DNA of 64,000 nucleotides from an uncultured Steroidobacteraceae bacterium (GTDB lineage Bacteria; Pseudomonadota; Gammaproteobacteria; Steroidobacterales; Steroidobacteraceae): NCBI GenBank assembly GCA_964626745.1, contig CAZVIF010000011.1, positions 7,195 to 71,194 of the forward strand, read 5' to 3'. Shown piece by piece: positions 62,587 to 64,000 of this stretch (position 1 is its first letter; each line of letters starts with the position of its first letter). The notes under the pieces were generated by a model. It saw only the letters and a program-made list of their open reading frames with translations, ran no database searches and was not told where the DNA came from. The position numbers and the translations under genes were made by a program.

Positions 62587-64000
62587 TCAGATCAACTCGA
62601 GCGCCTGGAGCGCGCCGCGTTTTGCCTCGAGCATGGCGTGGGCCATGTTCATGTTTCCCTGCAGTTCCGAGTGCGCGAAGACGATCCGCCCGTGCGGCCG
62701 GCGGATCACGTCGTGCGGCGCCGGCTCGCCGTCCGTCCCGAAGAAGAAGCCGACTGGCGGCGCGAAGTAGGCGTGGCCCCAGCGGTTCAGCACGATGCCG
62801 GCGATGTCCCGGCGCGCATCGAACCCCGCAGCGCCGAACATCGCGGTCATCTGCTCGCGCAGCTGCCGCTCGAAATCCGCATACGAGGGGGACAGCAGCT
62901 GCGCCCGGCCGACGCTGCCCTGGACCGCCGGGTCCACGCCTGGATTCAGGAACGGGATGTAGAAGGTCAGGACGATCGGGCTGTCGGGCGTCAGCGGCGG
63001 CGCATCGGGACCGAGAATCGCGTTCCGCCGCACGCACAGGTGCCAGCCGAGGCCGGAAAACCAGCGCGCCACGCTGATGCCGAGCGCGTCGATGTAGCGC
63101 CAGTGGCGGACCGCGACGTTGGCGGTCAGCACCGGTCCGTAGCGAAACTGCGCGTAGGCCGCGACGTGCGAGGGCGGCAGGTCCGCGACGATCCTGCGGT
63201 TCACCCAGCCGCCGGAGCCGAGGATCGCGGCCTTCGCCCTCACCGTGCGGGGCTTGCCGTCGCGCACGTACGTGACCAGTACCGACCCGGCGGTCGCTGG
63301 GTCCCCGTCGTGGCGGACCTTCACGACCGTGGACTCCAGCCGGATCCGCACGGGGGCGCCTTCACGGTCGAGGCTCGCGAAGTTCACGGCGCCCTGCGTC
63401 GTTGCCCGCAGCGATCCGTCGCCCGCGATCGAGCCGGGAATCGTGCGCGCCACCATCCGGCGCGCGAACGCGGCATTGCCGCCCGGGAAGGAGATGCCCT
63501 CGACGTTTGCGAAGCGGTTCGACTCGCCGCTGGGAATGGTCCCCGGCAGCGTCAGGCGCTTGGCGCCGTAGGCGGAGATCGCATTGCCGCAGACACCGAA
63601 ATTGCCGACGCCGAGCAGCGGGTCGACGTAGCGCTTGGACTCGACGCCGTAGCCCAGCCGGTCGAGCAGATCGTGGTAGGACATCGAATCGAGCCAGCGG
63701 TCCGGGTCGGCCTGCCCCGACACCTGGTCGCGGCGGTTGCCGGCGAAGTCCGCGAGTTCCCGCTGCACGTGGGCGGGCCAGGGGGTGTTCGCGAAGTTCG
63801 TCGCGATCGGATCGCGCGCCCAGCCGACGCCCGGGAAGAAGTAGCCGGTGGCGAACTCCTTTTCCTTGATCATCGGCTCGAAGTGGTCGTTGGCCAGGTG
63901 ATACTTCTCGGCGCCGCCGGCCAGCGGCTCGAGCTCGTAGGACGCCGGCATCTCGAGCTCGCGGTAGTACTCCGCGTAGGTCTCGTACCGGCCGGTGATG
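62587..64000 (-). CDS. NAD(P)/FAD-dependent oxidoreductase, spermidine dehydrogenase-like (C-terminal part; N-terminus beyond the right edge)
   Basis: The frame stays open to the window end. The product is colinear with the C-terminal two-thirds of the 21900..23786 protein (FPGGNAAFARRMV vs FPDGNSSIARLLV; NRWGHAY vs NRWPHGY). Confidence 0.8.
   Translation of the reverse strand, partial: ITGRYETYAEYYRELEMPASYELEPLAGGAEKYHLANDHFEPMIKEKEFATGYFFPGVGWARDPIATNFANTPWPAHVQRELADFAGNRRDQVSGQADPDRWLDSMSYHDLLDRLGYGVESKRYVDPLLGVGNFGVCGNAISAYGAKRLTLPGTIPSGESNRFANVEGISFPGGNAAFARRMVARTIPGSIAGDGSLRATTQGAVNFASLDREGAPVRIRLESTVVKVRHDGDPATAGSVLVTYVRDGKPRTVRAKAAILGSGGWVNRRIVADLPPSHVAAYAQFRYGPVLTANVAVRHWRYIDALGISVARWFSGLGWHLCVRRNAILGPDAPPLTPDSPIVLTFYIPFLNPGVDPAVQGSVGRAQLLSPSYADFERQLREQMTAMFGAAGFDARRDIAGIVLNRWGHAYFAPPVGFFFGTDGEPAPHDVIRRPHGRIVFAHSELQGNMNMAHAMLEAKRGALQALELI

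Overview
This window is 64 kb of high-GC DNA (roughly two-thirds G+C by eye), densely coding on both strands. It comes from a Gram-negative aerobic bacterium: three TonB-dependent receptors, lipoproteins, many Sec and Tat signals. It is probably a proteobacterium, but I cannot place it further without a database search. I call 55 protein genes (two cut by the window edges), three hairpins and three regulatory-looking repeat or promoter elements. I found no rRNA, tRNA, CRISPR array, transposase, integrase or phage gene. The six-frame track is full of long antisense shadow ORFs and over-extended N-termini, as expected at this GC content. I made calls from catalytic motifs, signal peptides, Shine-Dalgarno spacing and the frequent ATGA/GTGA start-stop overlaps. 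Modules from left to right: (1) 1-3.9 kb, a haem-copper oxidase operon (small membrane proteins, CuA subunit II, subunit I, SenC/SCO1, dihaem cytochrome b) whose subunit I lacks the cross-link tyrosine. (2) 4-6.4 kb, secreted proteins including a Tat-signal FMN alpha-hydroxy-acid oxidase. (3) 6.4-11.6 kb, an SDR / quinone-oxidoreductase / BCCT transporter operon and a signal-peptide MDR oxidoreductase. (4) 11.6-20.2 kb, two diverged NicX/aminopeptidase-T-fold paralogues bracketing a LysR regulator, TPR-sulfotransferase, TonB receptor and MFS exporter. (5) 20.2-28.5 kb, mixed genes: a spermidine-dehydrogenase-like Tat flavoprotein, EthD, a nitrilase-family protein with Met at the catalytic Lys position, msrB, a glycosyltransferase, a beta-lactamase-fold lipoprotein and a GST. 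(6) 28.5-38.3 kb, a seven-gene, tightly packed minus-strand array. It joins a beta-lactamase-fold hydrolase / lipoprotein S1 protease / FHA membrane protein trio to a phospho-amino-alcohol set: a kinase-phospholyase fusion, a Tat-exported class V PLP enzyme, a PEAMT-like methyltransferase and a CrtI-like flavoprotein. (7) 39.3-40.8 kb, a lower-GC islet with a small Arg-rich ORF and a Fic/HTH ('mobile mystery protein B/A') cassette, next to lhr. (8) 45-56.5 kb, an ECF sigma factor translationally coupled to a Ser/Thr kinase with a beta-propeller, plus lipoprotein, TonB receptor, paralogous secreted proteins and a membrane HTH-TPR regulator. (9) 56.5-64 kb, a TonB-receptor-linked locus of exported oxidases and peptidases. 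The least explained, most system-like candidates are the 28.5-38.3 kb array, the atypical oxidase operon, the NicX-like duplication locus and the Fic cassette. All functional calls rest on motif recognition from memory; no searches were run.
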